DNA of 64,000 nt from a virus (IMGVR_UViG_3300037631_006232:32001-96000); one strand, 5' to 3'. Counted from the first letter of the stretch, positions 37,026 to 47,037 are shown. The notes: a model not told the origin generated them from the sequence alone. A program made the numbers and translations.

Positions 37026-37266
37026 AATGCAGTTAGCCTATATTGCCGGAGTCAAATTAGCTTATGCTGTTAAGTTGTCTGACGAAAGCCCTGATGTTAT
37101 CAAATCAGAAGAACAATTACGTTCTCTTTTAAAAATTATAGGCGGGGATTCTCCTAAAAGCTCTCCTAATAAAGTAGTTATTAACTCTGAAGATAAGCAA
37201 TCTAAGGCCTCTTGGGGAGATAAAATTGAGCTAGAAGCAGGTAGCTCTACCGGCATAGAGGTTTAG
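37018..37266 (+). CDS. small head-cluster protein
   Basis: N-terminal AYIAGVKLA motif shared with neighbours. Confidence 0.65.
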   Translation: MTRMQLAYIAGVKLAYAVKLSDESPDVIKSEEQLRSLLKIIGGDSPKSSPNKVVINSEDKQSKASWGDKIELEAGSSTGIEV

Positions 37267-37272
37267 AAGAAT

Positions 37273-38118
37273 ATGGATTCTAATGATATTACGAAGGCTT
37301 ACGAAGCAGGTAAGCAACTAGCTTACGAAGGTAGAGAGAAGAGTGCTTTCTTATCCTCAGTTTTAAAAGGCGGAAAGTTCTTATTTACTGGAGGGCACTT
37401 AGGCAAGCCAGGGTCTCTTATATCTAAATTAAGCCCACATCATATAGGGGCTCCTTTAGGAGGGGGTGCTATGGGGGCTTACTTTGCTGAAGACGGTGAA
37501 AAATCTAAAGGGTTTATTAAAGGTTTTGCCGGAGGTCTTTTATTCAATGCTGCTATGCCTCTAGGTTCTAGTATAGGTAAAAGGATACTGGCCCCCGGGT
37601 TCTCTGGAGCAGGGTCTGCTAAGATAATGAAAGGTATTGGTTTCTCCGATGAGGCTACCGCAGCTATGAAAGCTTCTCAGAATATAAATAAGGCTCTTAA
37701 TACTAGACAAGGAGTATTTAGAGGAGTTACAGAACGTGCCTTATCCTCCGGTAATTTCAAAGGCTCAGCCAAACTAACCCAATCTATAGATGATGTATTA
37801 AAAAATCAGGGTAAAATGTTACCTGATGCTGTAAAAACTAGGCTAACTAACTTACAATCCCAACTATCAGCGGGCTTATCTCCAACCAACCAGAAAAAAT
37901 TCCTTGAAGAATTGCAAGATGTAAGCAGCACCTTGTACCGAACTGGTTATGCTACAGGTACTAAAGGACAGCAGTTTGCCCTTAAAGGTACTAGATTCGC
38001 AAAAGGAGTAGGCATGATAGGTGGTGGTATGGGGTTAGGTATGGCTTTAACAGGGCCTATGGAAAGATCTTTGGACTCTACTCCCTCTTCTTACTTTAAC
38101 TCTACGGGAGGACACTAA
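37273..38118 (+). CDS. Gly-rich, glycine-zipper-like putative internal virion/ejection protein
   Basis: AYEAGKQLA..EKSAF leader, then GxxxG-rich hydrophobic segments (GAPLGGGAMGA, GVGMIGGGMGLG). Confidence 0.55.
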   Translation: MDSNDITKAYEAGKQLAYEGREKSAFLSSVLKGGKFLFTGGHLGKPGSLISKLSPHHIGAPLGGGAMGAYFAEDGEKSKGFIKGFAGGLLFNAAMPLGSSIGKRILAPGFSGAGSAKIMKGIGFSDEATAAMKASQNINKALNTRQGVFRGVTERALSSGNFKGSAKLTQSIDDVLKNQGKMLPDAVKTRLTNLQSQLSAGLSPTNQKKFLEELQDVSSTLYRTGYATGTKGQQFALKGTRFAKGVGMIGGGMGLGMALTGPMERSLDSTPSSYFNSTGGH

Positions 38119-39893
38119 TGGTCCGTGGTAAATTTGCCGATGTCATTTTAAATAATTCTTTGCCCAAGGACTACAGGATAGAAGGGGAGATGGATACTAA
38201 AAAGTTAAAAGCAAGTATGTTACGTATGGCTAAAACTAGCCCAGAAACTTATAAGGTAGTTATCCCTAAGATTAAAAAATTAGGGGACGAGTTTTCTACC
38301 TTCGAAGGTATTTCTGTAGGGCTAGAAGATATAGAGCCGGAGTATAGTAAAAGAAATCCTATACTAAATAACGCCAAACGAAAATTACGTATGGTAGGTA
38401 CAGATGCTAAAAAGAAAATGGCTATATTACTTGATACCCAATCTAAATTGCGGGATATAACAACTAACCACCCTGGGGATATGGGTATGATGGCTAGATC
38501 AGGTAGTAGGGGTAATATGAATCAACTAATGAAAATGGTAGCTAGCCCAGGGATTGTAGGAGATTGGGACGGTGCCCCTATACCTTTCTTAATAGAGAGG
38601 GGGTACTCTGAAGGCTTGTCTCCAGCAGAAGCTTGGATAGCCGGAGATGAGAGTAGGGCTCAAGTTATTAAGGGTCAGTTAGGTACTGCAGAACCCGGGG
38701 AGATGCAGAAAGTTTTGGCATCAGTGATGACTGAAGAAGTGATTGCTTCTAATGATTGCGGTACCAGTAATGGAATATTACTGGAAGCGTCGGACCCTTC
38801 AGTAGAAGGTAGGTACCTAACCACGGGGTCTTTAGCTACGGCTTCTGTAGCCGCTACTCTAGCAAGGAAAGGTAATAAAGTTAGGGTACGCTCTCCTATG
38901 ACGTGCGAATTAGACTCAGGGGTTTGTCAAAAATGTATGGGAACAAGTAACTCCGGTAAGAACTACTCAATAGGGATTAATGTAGGTATACGCTCCGCAC
39001 AAACGCTAAGCGAACCTCTAACCCAAATGGCTCTTAGCGCTAAACACGGGGTGTCTTTAGTAGAAGGTGATCATAAAACTCCTAAAGGGTTAGCTGCCTT
39101 CAAGCAATTTGTGGAAGTCCCTAAAAACTTTTTTCAAAGAGCTCCAGTATCCGATATTGATGGGAGGGTGGAGTCTGTCGCTAAAGCACCTCAAGGAGGG
39201 TTTGATTTAGTCATTGAAGGCTCCCAGCATTACATACCTCCTAATAGAGATTTAAAAATAAAAGTGGGATCTAAAGTGCGTGCGGGAGATGTGTTAGCTT
39301 CAGGTATACCCGCTCCGGATGATGTTATTAAATATAAAGGTCTGGGTGCTGGTAGAGATTACTTAATGAAATCTCTTAGAAAGGTTTACTCTGAGTCAGG
39401 TAAAGAAGTTGATCCTAGACACTTGGAGTTATTAGCTAAGTCTCAATTAAACTATGTACGAATAGATGGAGGCTCCAAAGAATTCTTACCAAACGATATA
39501 GTATCCATTTCTAAAATTAGGAGTTCATTTAAAGATAAAGGGCAGGCAGTACCTTTAAACCAAAGTGTAGGCAAAGTGCTAACTAAGTCTGTAGGAGCTC
39601 ACCTACCGGGCACTAAAATAACTTCCGTAGTTAGGGATGAGTTAGGAAAAGAGGGCGTAGGTACCGTCTATGCTGTTGATTCTAATATAAAAATCACACC
39701 TATAATGGCCGCCGCTACCAGAACACCCTTACTAAACCCTAATTGGATGCAACGTCTAGGTTACAGATACCAAAAACAAACCCTTATAAACGCCGCGACT
39801 TTTGGAGAAAAGTCGGATTTGCACAGCCATAACCCCGTACCCGCTCTAGCTGTAGGTAGTGAGCTTAGAAGAGATGCGAAAGGTAGATACTAA
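38118..39893 (+). CDS. multisubunit RNA polymerase chain 2: C-terminal half of beta'
   Basis: MARSGSRGN, YSEGLS, bridge helix TAEPGEMQKVL, DCGT, VRSPMTC..GVCQKCMG, trigger loop AQTLSEPLTQMALSAKH, RHLELL. Confidence 0.95.
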   Translation: MVRGKFADVILNNSLPKDYRIEGEMDTKKLKASMLRMAKTSPETYKVVIPKIKKLGDEFSTFEGISVGLEDIEPEYSKRNPILNNAKRKLRMVGTDAKKKMAILLDTQSKLRDITTNHPGDMGMMARSGSRGNMNQLMKMVASPGIVGDWDGAPIPFLIERGYSEGLSPAEAWIAGDESRAQVIKGQLGTAEPGEMQKVLASVMTEEVIASNDCGTSNGILLEASDPSVEGRYLTTGSLATASVAATLARKGNKVRVRSPMTCELDSGVCQKCMGTSNSGKNYSIGINVGIRSAQTLSEPLTQMALSAKHGVSLVEGDHKTPKGLAAFKQFVEVPKNFFQRAPVSDIDGRVESVAKAPQGGFDLVIEGSQHYIPPNRDLKIKVGSKVRAGDVLASGIPAPDDVIKYKGLGAGRDYLMKSLRKVYSESGKEVDPRHLELLAKSQLNYVRIDGGSKEFLPNDIVSISKIRSSFKDKGQAVPLNQSVGKVLTKSVGAHLPGTKITSVVRDELGKEGVGTVYAVDSNIKITPIMAAATRTPLLNPNWMQRLGYRYQKQTLINAATFGEKSDLHSHNPVPALAVGSELRRDAKGRY

Positions 39894-40600
39894 TGAAGTT
39901 ACCTCCCAACCTAACTAAACTGGTAAGCAAGTTCTTAATCGGCACAGAAAAACTATCCCCTAAAGTAGAATCTAACCTGCGACGGTTAATAACCTCCTCC
40001 GGAAGAGCCTTAGAAACCTCTGCTAATTCCCGAGGATTCTTAATGGATACTCTAATAGGTCGTAAGGGCGGGCTTGATGTTATCAAAGCAAGAGTTCAGC
40101 AAGGCGGCTTACTAGGCCCAGGAGGAGCTATCTTAGGCGATGCTGCCCTAGATCCTAAATTTAAGCAGCTTGTTAGAAACATAGCTAGCTCAAAAGGGGC
40201 TAAGGAAATAGTGAATCCAGATACGGGTAAAGCTATAAGCAGAACTTCTGCTTACGGTAAAGCCTTAGGTATGGGCGCCTTGGAAAGCCTCAACCCTATT
40301 TTTAGTTTAGGTATGCCCGTACTAGATGCTAGAGCCGCTATGCTAAGGCCCGATCACGAAGAAGATGGGGGGTACTCCGGCATATTAAAAGCTCTGGGTT
40401 CCGGAGCGGGTTTCGCTATAGGAGGGCCTCTAGGCCTTATAGGTGGCTCTATAACCGGAGAATTGGGAGGTAGGCTAGGAAAGTCTATAGGAGAAATGTT
40501 TGACCCGACTAATACGGACTTAAAAAATATTAATGTTGCTCTTAAAAAAATTCCCAGTAATTATATACTAGACGAAGCTGTTCCGTCACAATATACTTAA
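39893..40600 (+). CDS. glycine-zipper putative internal virion protein
   Basis: GSGAGFAIGGPLGLIGGSITGELGGRLGKSIG. Confidence 0.55.
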   Translation: MKLPPNLTKLVSKFLIGTEKLSPKVESNLRRLITSSGRALETSANSRGFLMDTLIGRKGGLDVIKARVQQGGLLGPGGAILGDAALDPKFKQLVRNIASSKGAKEIVNPDTGKAISRTSAYGKALGMGALESLNPIFSLGMPVLDARAAMLRPDHEEDGGYSGILKALGSGAGFAIGGPLGLIGGSITGELGGRLGKSIGEMFDPTNTDLKNINVALKKIPSNYILDEAVPSQYT

Positions 40601-40639
40601 CCATGAAACAAATATGTTAAACCTAGTATTGGAGAAATC

Positions 40640-41758
40640 ATGTCTATACTAAAATTTGCTTACGTGCGTGGTGCTCAAAATGCTCTCGTATCCTCAGGAG
40701 CTATCGAGCCTTACCCTAACGAATATAGAGCGGATCTAGCTGTTAAGCTAGCAGCAATGGCTCTTGAAGATGACGCTGCTGAAGATGTTAATGATGATGA
40801 GTTAGCGCAGGCCTTAGCTTCCATGGCAGCTCAGGCCGAAGACGAGCTGAGTCCAGAAGAAGAAGCCATGCTTATGGAAAATAAAGATGAGCTAGAAGAG
40901 GCTATGGATGAAGACGAGAAGAATGCTAGAGCCGTAGTTTCCTACTTGAAACAAGCTGCTGCAGGCCACTTCCAAGGAGGCGTAGCCAACCCTAAACCTG
41001 TAAATCCCGGCGATTTTGAGCAAGATTCTAGAGCTCCTGGTGCTTACCATATGAATGGTAAGAATGGTCCCTTGGTAGGAGACTATAATGCTACCCCAAG
41101 CACTGCTTCTATGCAATCTTTACGTGAAGGCATTACTCCTCAAGTGGCGGGGAAAAAGAAAAACGACCTAGACGCTAAAACTGCAGCCGCAATTTTACGT
41201 AAGCTAGGGGGTACTGCTGCCTTAGGTGGAGATGCTGGAGAACTTCTTAGTCAAGAAGATAAACAAGACGACGGTCGAGCTGAAAACTACGCGGTTAACG
41301 CTACAGTAGGTAATTCTACAGGCAAATCCAATTCGACTCCTGGAAATGCAGAGATGCTCGCACATGATGAGGATACCCCAGCTAACAAATTAGATCATGA
41401 AAATGATTCTAAAACCAAGAGTGCTGCCTACAACTACTTGCTATATAAAACAGCTGAAGAAGTGGGACCTTTCTTACCTTCAGAGCTAACTGAGACTGAT
41501 AAACTAGCAGCTCTTAGAACTATGATAGGGATGACTCAACCTGAAAGAGCCCAATATATCCAACGAATTAAATGGGCTATGGATGATTCTGAAGAAGAGC
41601 GGGACGATGCCGACACTAAAGAAGAGAAAGAGAAAGAAGATAAACAAAAAAAGTTACCTCCAGAGCTTAGAGAGGCTATAGCTAAGAAGGAGAAGGACGA
41701 TGATGATGCTGAAAAAGAAGCTTCTTATATTTTAAGACAGCTAGGGTTGAGGTACTAA
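40640..41758 (+). CDS. acidic scaffold-like head protein
   Basis: Very acidic, AYVRGAQNA start, nine K-x-A motifs, GGAG RBS. Confidence 0.55.
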   Translation: MSILKFAYVRGAQNALVSSGAIEPYPNEYRADLAVKLAAMALEDDAAEDVNDDELAQALASMAAQAEDELSPEEEAMLMENKDELEEAMDEDEKNARAVVSYLKQAAAGHFQGGVANPKPVNPGDFEQDSRAPGAYHMNGKNGPLVGDYNATPSTASMQSLREGITPQVAGKKKNDLDAKTAAAILRKLGGTAALGGDAGELLSQEDKQDDGRAENYAVNATVGNSTGKSNSTPGNAEMLAHDEDTPANKLDHENDSKTKSAAYNYLLYKTAEEVGPFLPSELTETDKLAALRTMIGMTQPERAQYIQRIKWAMDDSEEERDDADTKEEKEKEDKQKKLPPELREAIAKKEKDDDDAEKEASYILRQLGLRY

Positions 41759-41761
41759 GAT

Positions 41762-42133
41762 ATGGACTTACGAACTGCTTACATCGCAGGTATGTCTCAA
41801 GCTTTTACTAATAGCGGTCTTCTACCTTCTATACCTTTAGAAAAGGTAGCCCAAGGAGCCGAGATAGCTGCTCAAGCTACCCCTCAAGAAGCTCAGATGG
41901 TAGGCCAGGCCATAGGCCCGCAAGATCTAGAATCTATGATGAAGATACTAGAGGTACTAAGTATTTTGTTTGAACAATACCAGGCGCAAATGGGTGGCGC
42001 ACCTCAGGGAGCTGGAGCACCTCCTCCTCCAGGCGGTATGCCCCCTCCTCCTCCTCCAGGCGGTATGCCCCCTCCTCCTCCTCCTCCAGGTGGTATGCCT
42101 CCTCCTCCTCCAGGTGGTATGCCCCCCATGTAG
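41762..42133 (+). CDS. small head-cluster protein with poly-Pro tail
   Basis: AYIAGMSQA, EKVAQ, C-terminal (P)nGGM repeats. Confidence 0.65.
   Translation: MDLRTAYIAGMSQAFTNSGLLPSIPLEKVAQGAEIAAQATPQEAQMVGQAIGPQDLESMMKILEVLSILFEQYQAQMGGAPQGAGAPPPPGGMPPPPPPGGMPPPPPPPGGMPPPPPGGMPPM
42019..42130 (+). repeat. coding tandem repeat (CCT)n-CCAGGYGGTATG
   Basis: Four units encoding P4-7GGM. Confidence 0.9.
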
Positions 42134-42180
42134 TGTACTATACTTAACAGAATATACTTTAATCTGTTGAGATAGTAACT

Positions 42181-42789
42181 ATGAAAATAAAAGATCTAGC
42201 GACCTTATCTGGCTCGGAAAGGATAAGACTAGCTTTAGGATTAGATAAAGAGCAAGCTAATAAGATTAAACTTATTGCTAAATCTATGACAGAAGTAAAC
42301 CCTCATATAAAAAATTTACGTGTGGGTAAGTCTAAACCAGGGGTTAGTTTTTTTGATTTTAAAAATAATCAAGTAGGCATTGGACATAAGTCTCCGGATG
42401 TATTAGCCCATGAGTTGGGGCATGCTATATCCTTAGCTAACTCCTCTAAGTTTTATAGGAGTCTTTTAAAAAGCACTAAGAAACTTACTAGCCTCAGCAA
42501 CGCTGCCTCCTTTCCTTTAGCAGGGTTTGCTGCATTAAGCCCAACCATGGCTAAAGATAAGAAGATGCGACTTCTTAACTATGCTACTATAGCCAGCACT
42601 GCTGTTACTATGCCTAACTTATTCGAAGAGCTTAAAGCTACTGCTTTAGCCGCTAAGCATAGTCCTAATAAAATTACCACAGGTATATCTTTGTTACCTG
42701 GGTTAATTAGTCATCTAAGCCATGACCTAACGGCACCCGCAACCTATTTATTAACTAAACAACTACTTGGAGCCAGTACCAATGATTAA
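42181..42789 (+). CDS. putative zinc metallopeptidase (HExxH)
   Basis: VLAHELGHA, downstream EELKAT, two hydrophobic helices. Confidence 0.65.
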   Translation: MKIKDLATLSGSERIRLALGLDKEQANKIKLIAKSMTEVNPHIKNLRVGKSKPGVSFFDFKNNQVGIGHKSPDVLAHELGHAISLANSSKFYRSLLKSTKKLTSLSNAASFPLAGFAALSPTMAKDKKMRLLNYATIASTAVTMPNLFEELKATALAAKHSPNKITTGISLLPGLISHLSHDLTAPATYLLTKQLLGASTND

Positions 42790-44842
42790 ACTATCCGCAA
42801 TCTCTCCAAAGACTATGCTGTCTGGGGAGCAACAAGGAGCGTCTTCTCCTGAGGAATCTCAGCTTAAACAACTATTTTCAGAACTATCTTACGCTATGCT
42901 TGAAGGTAAAATGCCTACTATAGCACCCAATATACTTAGTTTTAAGGTGTTAGAAGTAGACCTAGATAAGCGTAGAGGGGTGGGTGTATTTAAAGCCAAG
43001 GTAGGTCAGAATACGGCTAGTATTCCTATAGTAATGAACGACGGTAAAGTACTAACTCCAGAAGTAATTTACTCCGATAAAAGTAAAACTTACTTACCTC
43101 TTAAAAATAACTGGATGGAAGAGCTTAAAAATCCTTCGGAAAACTACTTAGGTAAGTCCGCTAAAGCCCCTAAAACTCTTAGTTCTGATATGGATGTTAG
43201 AGCTTTAACATTACCTCCTAGTACAGGTAGGTTCGTATATGCTTCTTATGATCGAAGTTCTTTACCTTTTATCATAGATTCAGCCAGCGATTCGGCCAAA
43301 ACAAAATTAGCCAGTGCTTTTAAAAGCTCCCCTAACCTACTAAAAACAGCTGTAAAATACCATGGTAGTAGGATTATTACAGCGCTACAGCCTTCTATTA
43401 AAAAAGAGGCCGAGGCCTCTTCTACCGTTGTAGTACTGGGCCCTGAAGATTCTTTTTCTAGTTTTGAGGATGGTTTTGGGTCTGCTATAAAAGAAGCGTA
43501 CTCTATGGCTTTGCATGAAGGAGTTGTTACTAGAGATCTTAGACCTAGAGCTAAAGTAGCGGTAGATACTACGTCTACTTTAAGCATATCCAAAGACCAA
43601 GAGACTGGCTTGAGCGAACCCAAGTATCCGGGACTATACTCTTTGATGACTTCTTCAGGTAAACAAGAAAAAGTTGTTATTATCCCTAAGCCATTTACGC
43701 AGGTATCTCTAGAAGCGGGTTCTTCCGAGATGGGGTCTAACAAAAGTAGTTACCTAATATTAAGGCCTACAGGTAGGTACACCTTGCATAGAGGGGATCT
43801 ATTGGCTATCTCGGATAATCTCCCTCTACCCGAAGGTTCTAAATTATCTAAGGCCATTCTTAGGAAATCACCTCCTCAGAATGGTGCAAACTTATTTGTA
43901 GGTGTTAATGGGGTGGGTGTTACTAATGCAGTCGTACTAGAAGAGCCTCTAACTAAGGTAACTAAGAATGTATCTGGGTATACCGCGTTTTCAGGTGGGA
44001 CTAAAGTTATAATAACTAGCTCCAAAGGTGTAAGTATCCCTAAACGGGTGGAAGGCGTCTTGTATATACCTTCTAAGTACGTTGCCTTTAAAGGAACTAA
44101 AACAAGCACCTTAGATAATCTAATAACTACTCCGGAAGAGCTTTCTTCGTTAGTTGAGAAAAAATTAACTAACCTATCGGACGATGTGATTAAGGTATCT
44201 TTTGTCAGATCAGGTAACTACTGGGTACTTAATGGTAGTAACTACGACACTAAGAAAGATCTTTTAACTAAAGCCGCTTCTTACAATATAAATGTAGACT
44301 CTCTCAGAAAGAGTTTAGAGCGTATTAAAGAAGCGGGGGCTACTAGGATGTACTTAGTAGACCCTATCCATATAAATAAATTGGCTAGTATTTTTGGACC
44401 AGACCCTTCTACTCCTCCTCCTCCTCCTCCTCCAGGTATGGATCCTAACATGATGCCTCCTCCAGGTATGGGTCCTAACATGATGCCTCCTCCCCCTCCT
44501 CCAGGTGGTATGCCTCCTGAAACTACCCAAACCATGGAGGCTGCTATGGGCACCGGGAGTCAAGAAGCCTTTGATTCGGCAGTAGCTGGTTCGTTATTAC
44601 AAGAAGATCCTTTCAACGAGTCTTTAGCTACTGAGCTACCTAATATAGAGTCTGCTATGGACAGTATTGCTAAGATCCTGGTTACTTTGCAATTACGAAA
44701 TTCTGAACTTAAAGAGCAGATGGGTGAGGAAGATTTTTTCCAACTAGAGACAAATATGCGAAAAGTACTGGGCGGGTTAGGGGACATTATACTTTCTACA
44801 TACAACCAGAAGAGAATGGATTCTCTTCCTCAAGTCATGTAG
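42782..44842 (+). CDS. large head-cluster protein with Pro/Met-rich linker
   Basis: About 686 aa, many K-x-A motifs, PPPPPPGMDPNMM repeats. ATG at 42782 follows GGAG. Confidence 0.7.
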   Translation: MIKLSAISPKTMLSGEQQGASSPEESQLKQLFSELSYAMLEGKMPTIAPNILSFKVLEVDLDKRRGVGVFKAKVGQNTASIPIVMNDGKVLTPEVIYSDKSKTYLPLKNNWMEELKNPSENYLGKSAKAPKTLSSDMDVRALTLPPSTGRFVYASYDRSSLPFIIDSASDSAKTKLASAFKSSPNLLKTAVKYHGSRIITALQPSIKKEAEASSTVVVLGPEDSFSSFEDGFGSAIKEAYSMALHEGVVTRDLRPRAKVAVDTTSTLSISKDQETGLSEPKYPGLYSLMTSSGKQEKVVIIPKPFTQVSLEAGSSEMGSNKSSYLILRPTGRYTLHRGDLLAISDNLPLPEGSKLSKAILRKSPPQNGANLFVGVNGVGVTNAVVLEEPLTKVTKNVSGYTAFSGGTKVIITSSKGVSIPKRVEGVLYIPSKYVAFKGTKTSTLDNLITTPEELSSLVEKKLTNLSDDVIKVSFVRSGNYWVLNGSNYDTKKDLLTKAASYNINVDSLRKSLERIKEAGATRMYLVDPIHINKLASIFGPDPSTPPPPPPPGMDPNMMPPPGMGPNMMPPPPPPGGMPPETTQTMEAAMGTGSQEAFDSAVAGSLLQEDPFNESLATELPNIESAMDSIAKILVTLQLRNSELKEQMGEEDFFQLETNMRKVLGGLGDIILSTYNQKRMDSLPQVM
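44413..44517 (+). repeat. coding Pro/Gly/Met repeat
   Basis: CCTCCTCCAGGTATGG(A/G)TCCTAACATGATG duplicated, with flanking CCT runs. Confidence 0.85.
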
Positions 44843-44860
44843 GCTACTAGGAGGTACATT

Positions 44861-45580
44861 ATGGGCAAGGCCCTACCCAAACCTAAGGTTCTTAGAAGCC
44901 CTTCTTGGAGATTAGAAATGTCCTTGAAAGAGTCTTGCACTGAAGGGCTAGAGGACTCTTACTTACAAGAGGCTTGTAACTTAGTTGGGGGCGAGGTTGT
45001 TTCCACTAGTGTGCAAGAGGCGTATTTACTATACTACTTACCTCAATCTAGAACTATTATGAATAGCCTCATGATAAGCGACGCCCCTCTTAGTGACTTA
45101 GCTATTTCTGTAGGGGCCTCTGAAGAGGTGCTAGTAGCTTATTCTAAGATATTTTTTGATAAGTCTGTATTCCCTAATAGACTAGTTTTAAAAGAGTTTA
45201 TAGATATGTTACCTGAACATACTTCTATAGAAGTTAACTATAAAGCACTTATGCGGGCTAGTTTTTCTTTGGGTTATGAGTATATATTGTGGAAGATGTC
45301 CTTAGATTTAAACACCTCTGCTAACCCTAATTTAGATAAACTAGCTTACGGTATTTTAAAAGATGGCTACTGGCGTTCAAGAGAGCATAAGGGGTTTTCT
45401 ATACAAGATTCTAGGTGTAAAGAATCTAGAAGTTGGATACCCTCAGTACTTAAAACTATGGAGATGACTAAGAATCTATCCTCTAGTGGTGATAGCGATA
45501 TTGAAACACTAAGATTAAAGTTAGTAAAAGCAGATACTACTGTATCTATAGAAGATTTTTCAGATGAAATAAAGGGGTAA
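44861..45580 (+). CDS. hypothetical protein
   Basis: 239 aa, AGGAGG RBS. Confidence 0.7.
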   Translation: MGKALPKPKVLRSPSWRLEMSLKESCTEGLEDSYLQEACNLVGGEVVSTSVQEAYLLYYLPQSRTIMNSLMISDAPLSDLAISVGASEEVLVAYSKIFFDKSVFPNRLVLKEFIDMLPEHTSIEVNYKALMRASFSLGYEYILWKMSLDLNTSANPNLDKLAYGILKDGYWRSREHKGFSIQDSRCKESRSWIPSVLKTMEMTKNLSSSGDSDIETLRLKLVKADTTVSIEDFSDEIKG

Positions 45581-45582
45581 GA

Positions 45583-46401
45583 ATGCCTTCTTTCTCGAGA
45601 CATGATATAGACACTATGGCATCAAGAGCTGTCGATGCATTCAACTCTGGATCCACTTTACACGATAGCGTAGTAAAACTGGCTTCGGAGAACTCTATGA
45701 ACCCAGAACAAATAAAGAGGTTGGTGGAATCTGCTAATACCTCAGCATTCTTAGAGCAGTTTAACTCTAAAACAGGTTCTGATAGGATGGTAGAGTTTAA
45801 GGTAGCCGATCCTTCTAAAGTAATCGAAGAGTCTCTAGGCAGTGGTTCAGGCGACTCTACTTCTCAAAAAATAACTATAACTATAAGTGCGGACCCTTCG
45901 GTAGATTTAAGCGAAGATATTAAAAATGAGTTTACAAGCACTCCCGAAACCAAAGTTGCTTCCTACCAAGAAAGTAACGAAGGGTTCTTTTTAACCAGCG
46001 ATAAAGAATACTATTTGAACGAGTATAGTAGGCACCAAGCTAAAGAATCTTTGCTAACTAAAATTGCTAGTTGTAATTATAATGCCCAGGATCTAGCGGA
46101 TGAGTTGCATATTGATTTCAGAGGTATTTACAATAGTAAAAAGTATGCTTCTTTTGAGCTCGATGCTCTTAGCATACATGGGAATAAAGCTATACCTGGG
46201 TTGCAGATGGTTAGAAATAGGCTAGGAATGCCTAAGTTAGCCCGTTCCTTAAGTGATGGAGAAAGATTTTTCCTAGCGGATAGGCATGTGGTTGACACAA
46301 GTAATTCTGACGCACTTACTAAAATATCAAAAGTAGTAGATATAACTGAATCGTTAACATCTTACGAAACTTCATTAACGTATCTTAATAAGAGTAGGTA
46401 A
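45583..46401 (+). CDS. head-cluster protein with K-x-A motifs
   Basis: KLAS, KVAS, KIAS, KYAS, KLAR. MNPEQIKRLVESAN. Confidence 0.7.
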   Translation: MPSFSRHDIDTMASRAVDAFNSGSTLHDSVVKLASENSMNPEQIKRLVESANTSAFLEQFNSKTGSDRMVEFKVADPSKVIEESLGSGSGDSTSQKITITISADPSVDLSEDIKNEFTSTPETKVASYQESNEGFFLTSDKEYYLNEYSRHQAKESLLTKIASCNYNAQDLADELHIDFRGIYNSKKYASFELDALSIHGNKAIPGLQMVRNRLGMPKLARSLSDGERFFLADRHVVDTSNSDALTKISKVVDITESLTSYETSLTYLNKSR

Positions 46402-46404
46402 CTT

Positions 46405-47037
46405 ATGAACAGTGCTAAAAAAGCTGCTGTAGAATCAGCAGATATTTTTGAAAAAGTAGCTTTTGGGGATGATTTAGCTAGAGCGGTTGTTAAAGCCACT
46501 AAAGAAAAGCCTTTTTTAACTTTAGCTACAGGACTTACTTTAGGTGGTCTGGCAGGCAATGTTGTAGGCGGAGGTTCTAAAGGTATTTCCGCTAGGCCTA
46601 CAGAAACAGCCTCTTATAAAGTGGATCGATTTTTTAATCCTGGAGTGGGCGGAGTAATGGATCGTATTAAATACGATGAGTTGTTAGCTAATAGCCTCAC
46701 TAAGAATGTAGGTGAGCTGGCAAACTCTACTATTAATTCCTACGCAGAGAACTTAAGCAAAGCTTATAAAAAAACTATTAACAAACCCCAACAGCAAGCT
46801 ACTTTGAAAGCCTTGCTAGATTCAGACGATATGATTAGTGTGGCAGATCCTAATCAGGTAGCTAACTTATTTAATACTATGGTAGATATAGCCCCAAGAA
46901 TGACAAAACACAGGGAAGCCGTAAGAAGTTTCCTACGACAAGGATTAGCTCACGAAGGGGGAATAGACCCTGTATTACTAGGTGAGTTAGCTAAAGCAGA
47001 AGCTCGCTTAGGCGGGAGAGGATTAGATGCGTCATGA
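46405..47037 (+). CDS. head-cluster protein with hydrophobic Gly-rich segment
   Basis: EKVAF leader followed by LATGLTLGGLAG. Confidence 0.65.
   Translation: MNSAKKAAVESADIFEKVAFGDDLARAVVKATKEKPFLTLATGLTLGGLAGNVVGGGSKGISARPTETASYKVDRFFNPGVGGVMDRIKYDELLANSLTKNVGELANSTINSYAENLSKAYKKTINKPQQQATLKALLDSDDMISVADPNQVANLFNTMVDIAPRMTKHREAVRSFLRQGLAHEGGIDPVLLGELAKAEARLGGRGLDAS

Noticed and set aside
32664-39893. Cellular rpoB-rpoC locus or an intron/intein-split gene
   Set aside because: The genes are flanked by portal and capsid genes, not ribosomal protein genes. The two intervening ORFs carry head-cluster motifs, not homing endonuclease or intein motifs.
41970-42170. 66-aa ORF with LLLQAVCP repeats
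   Set aside because: It is an alternative frame of the poly-Pro repeat in 41762..42133.
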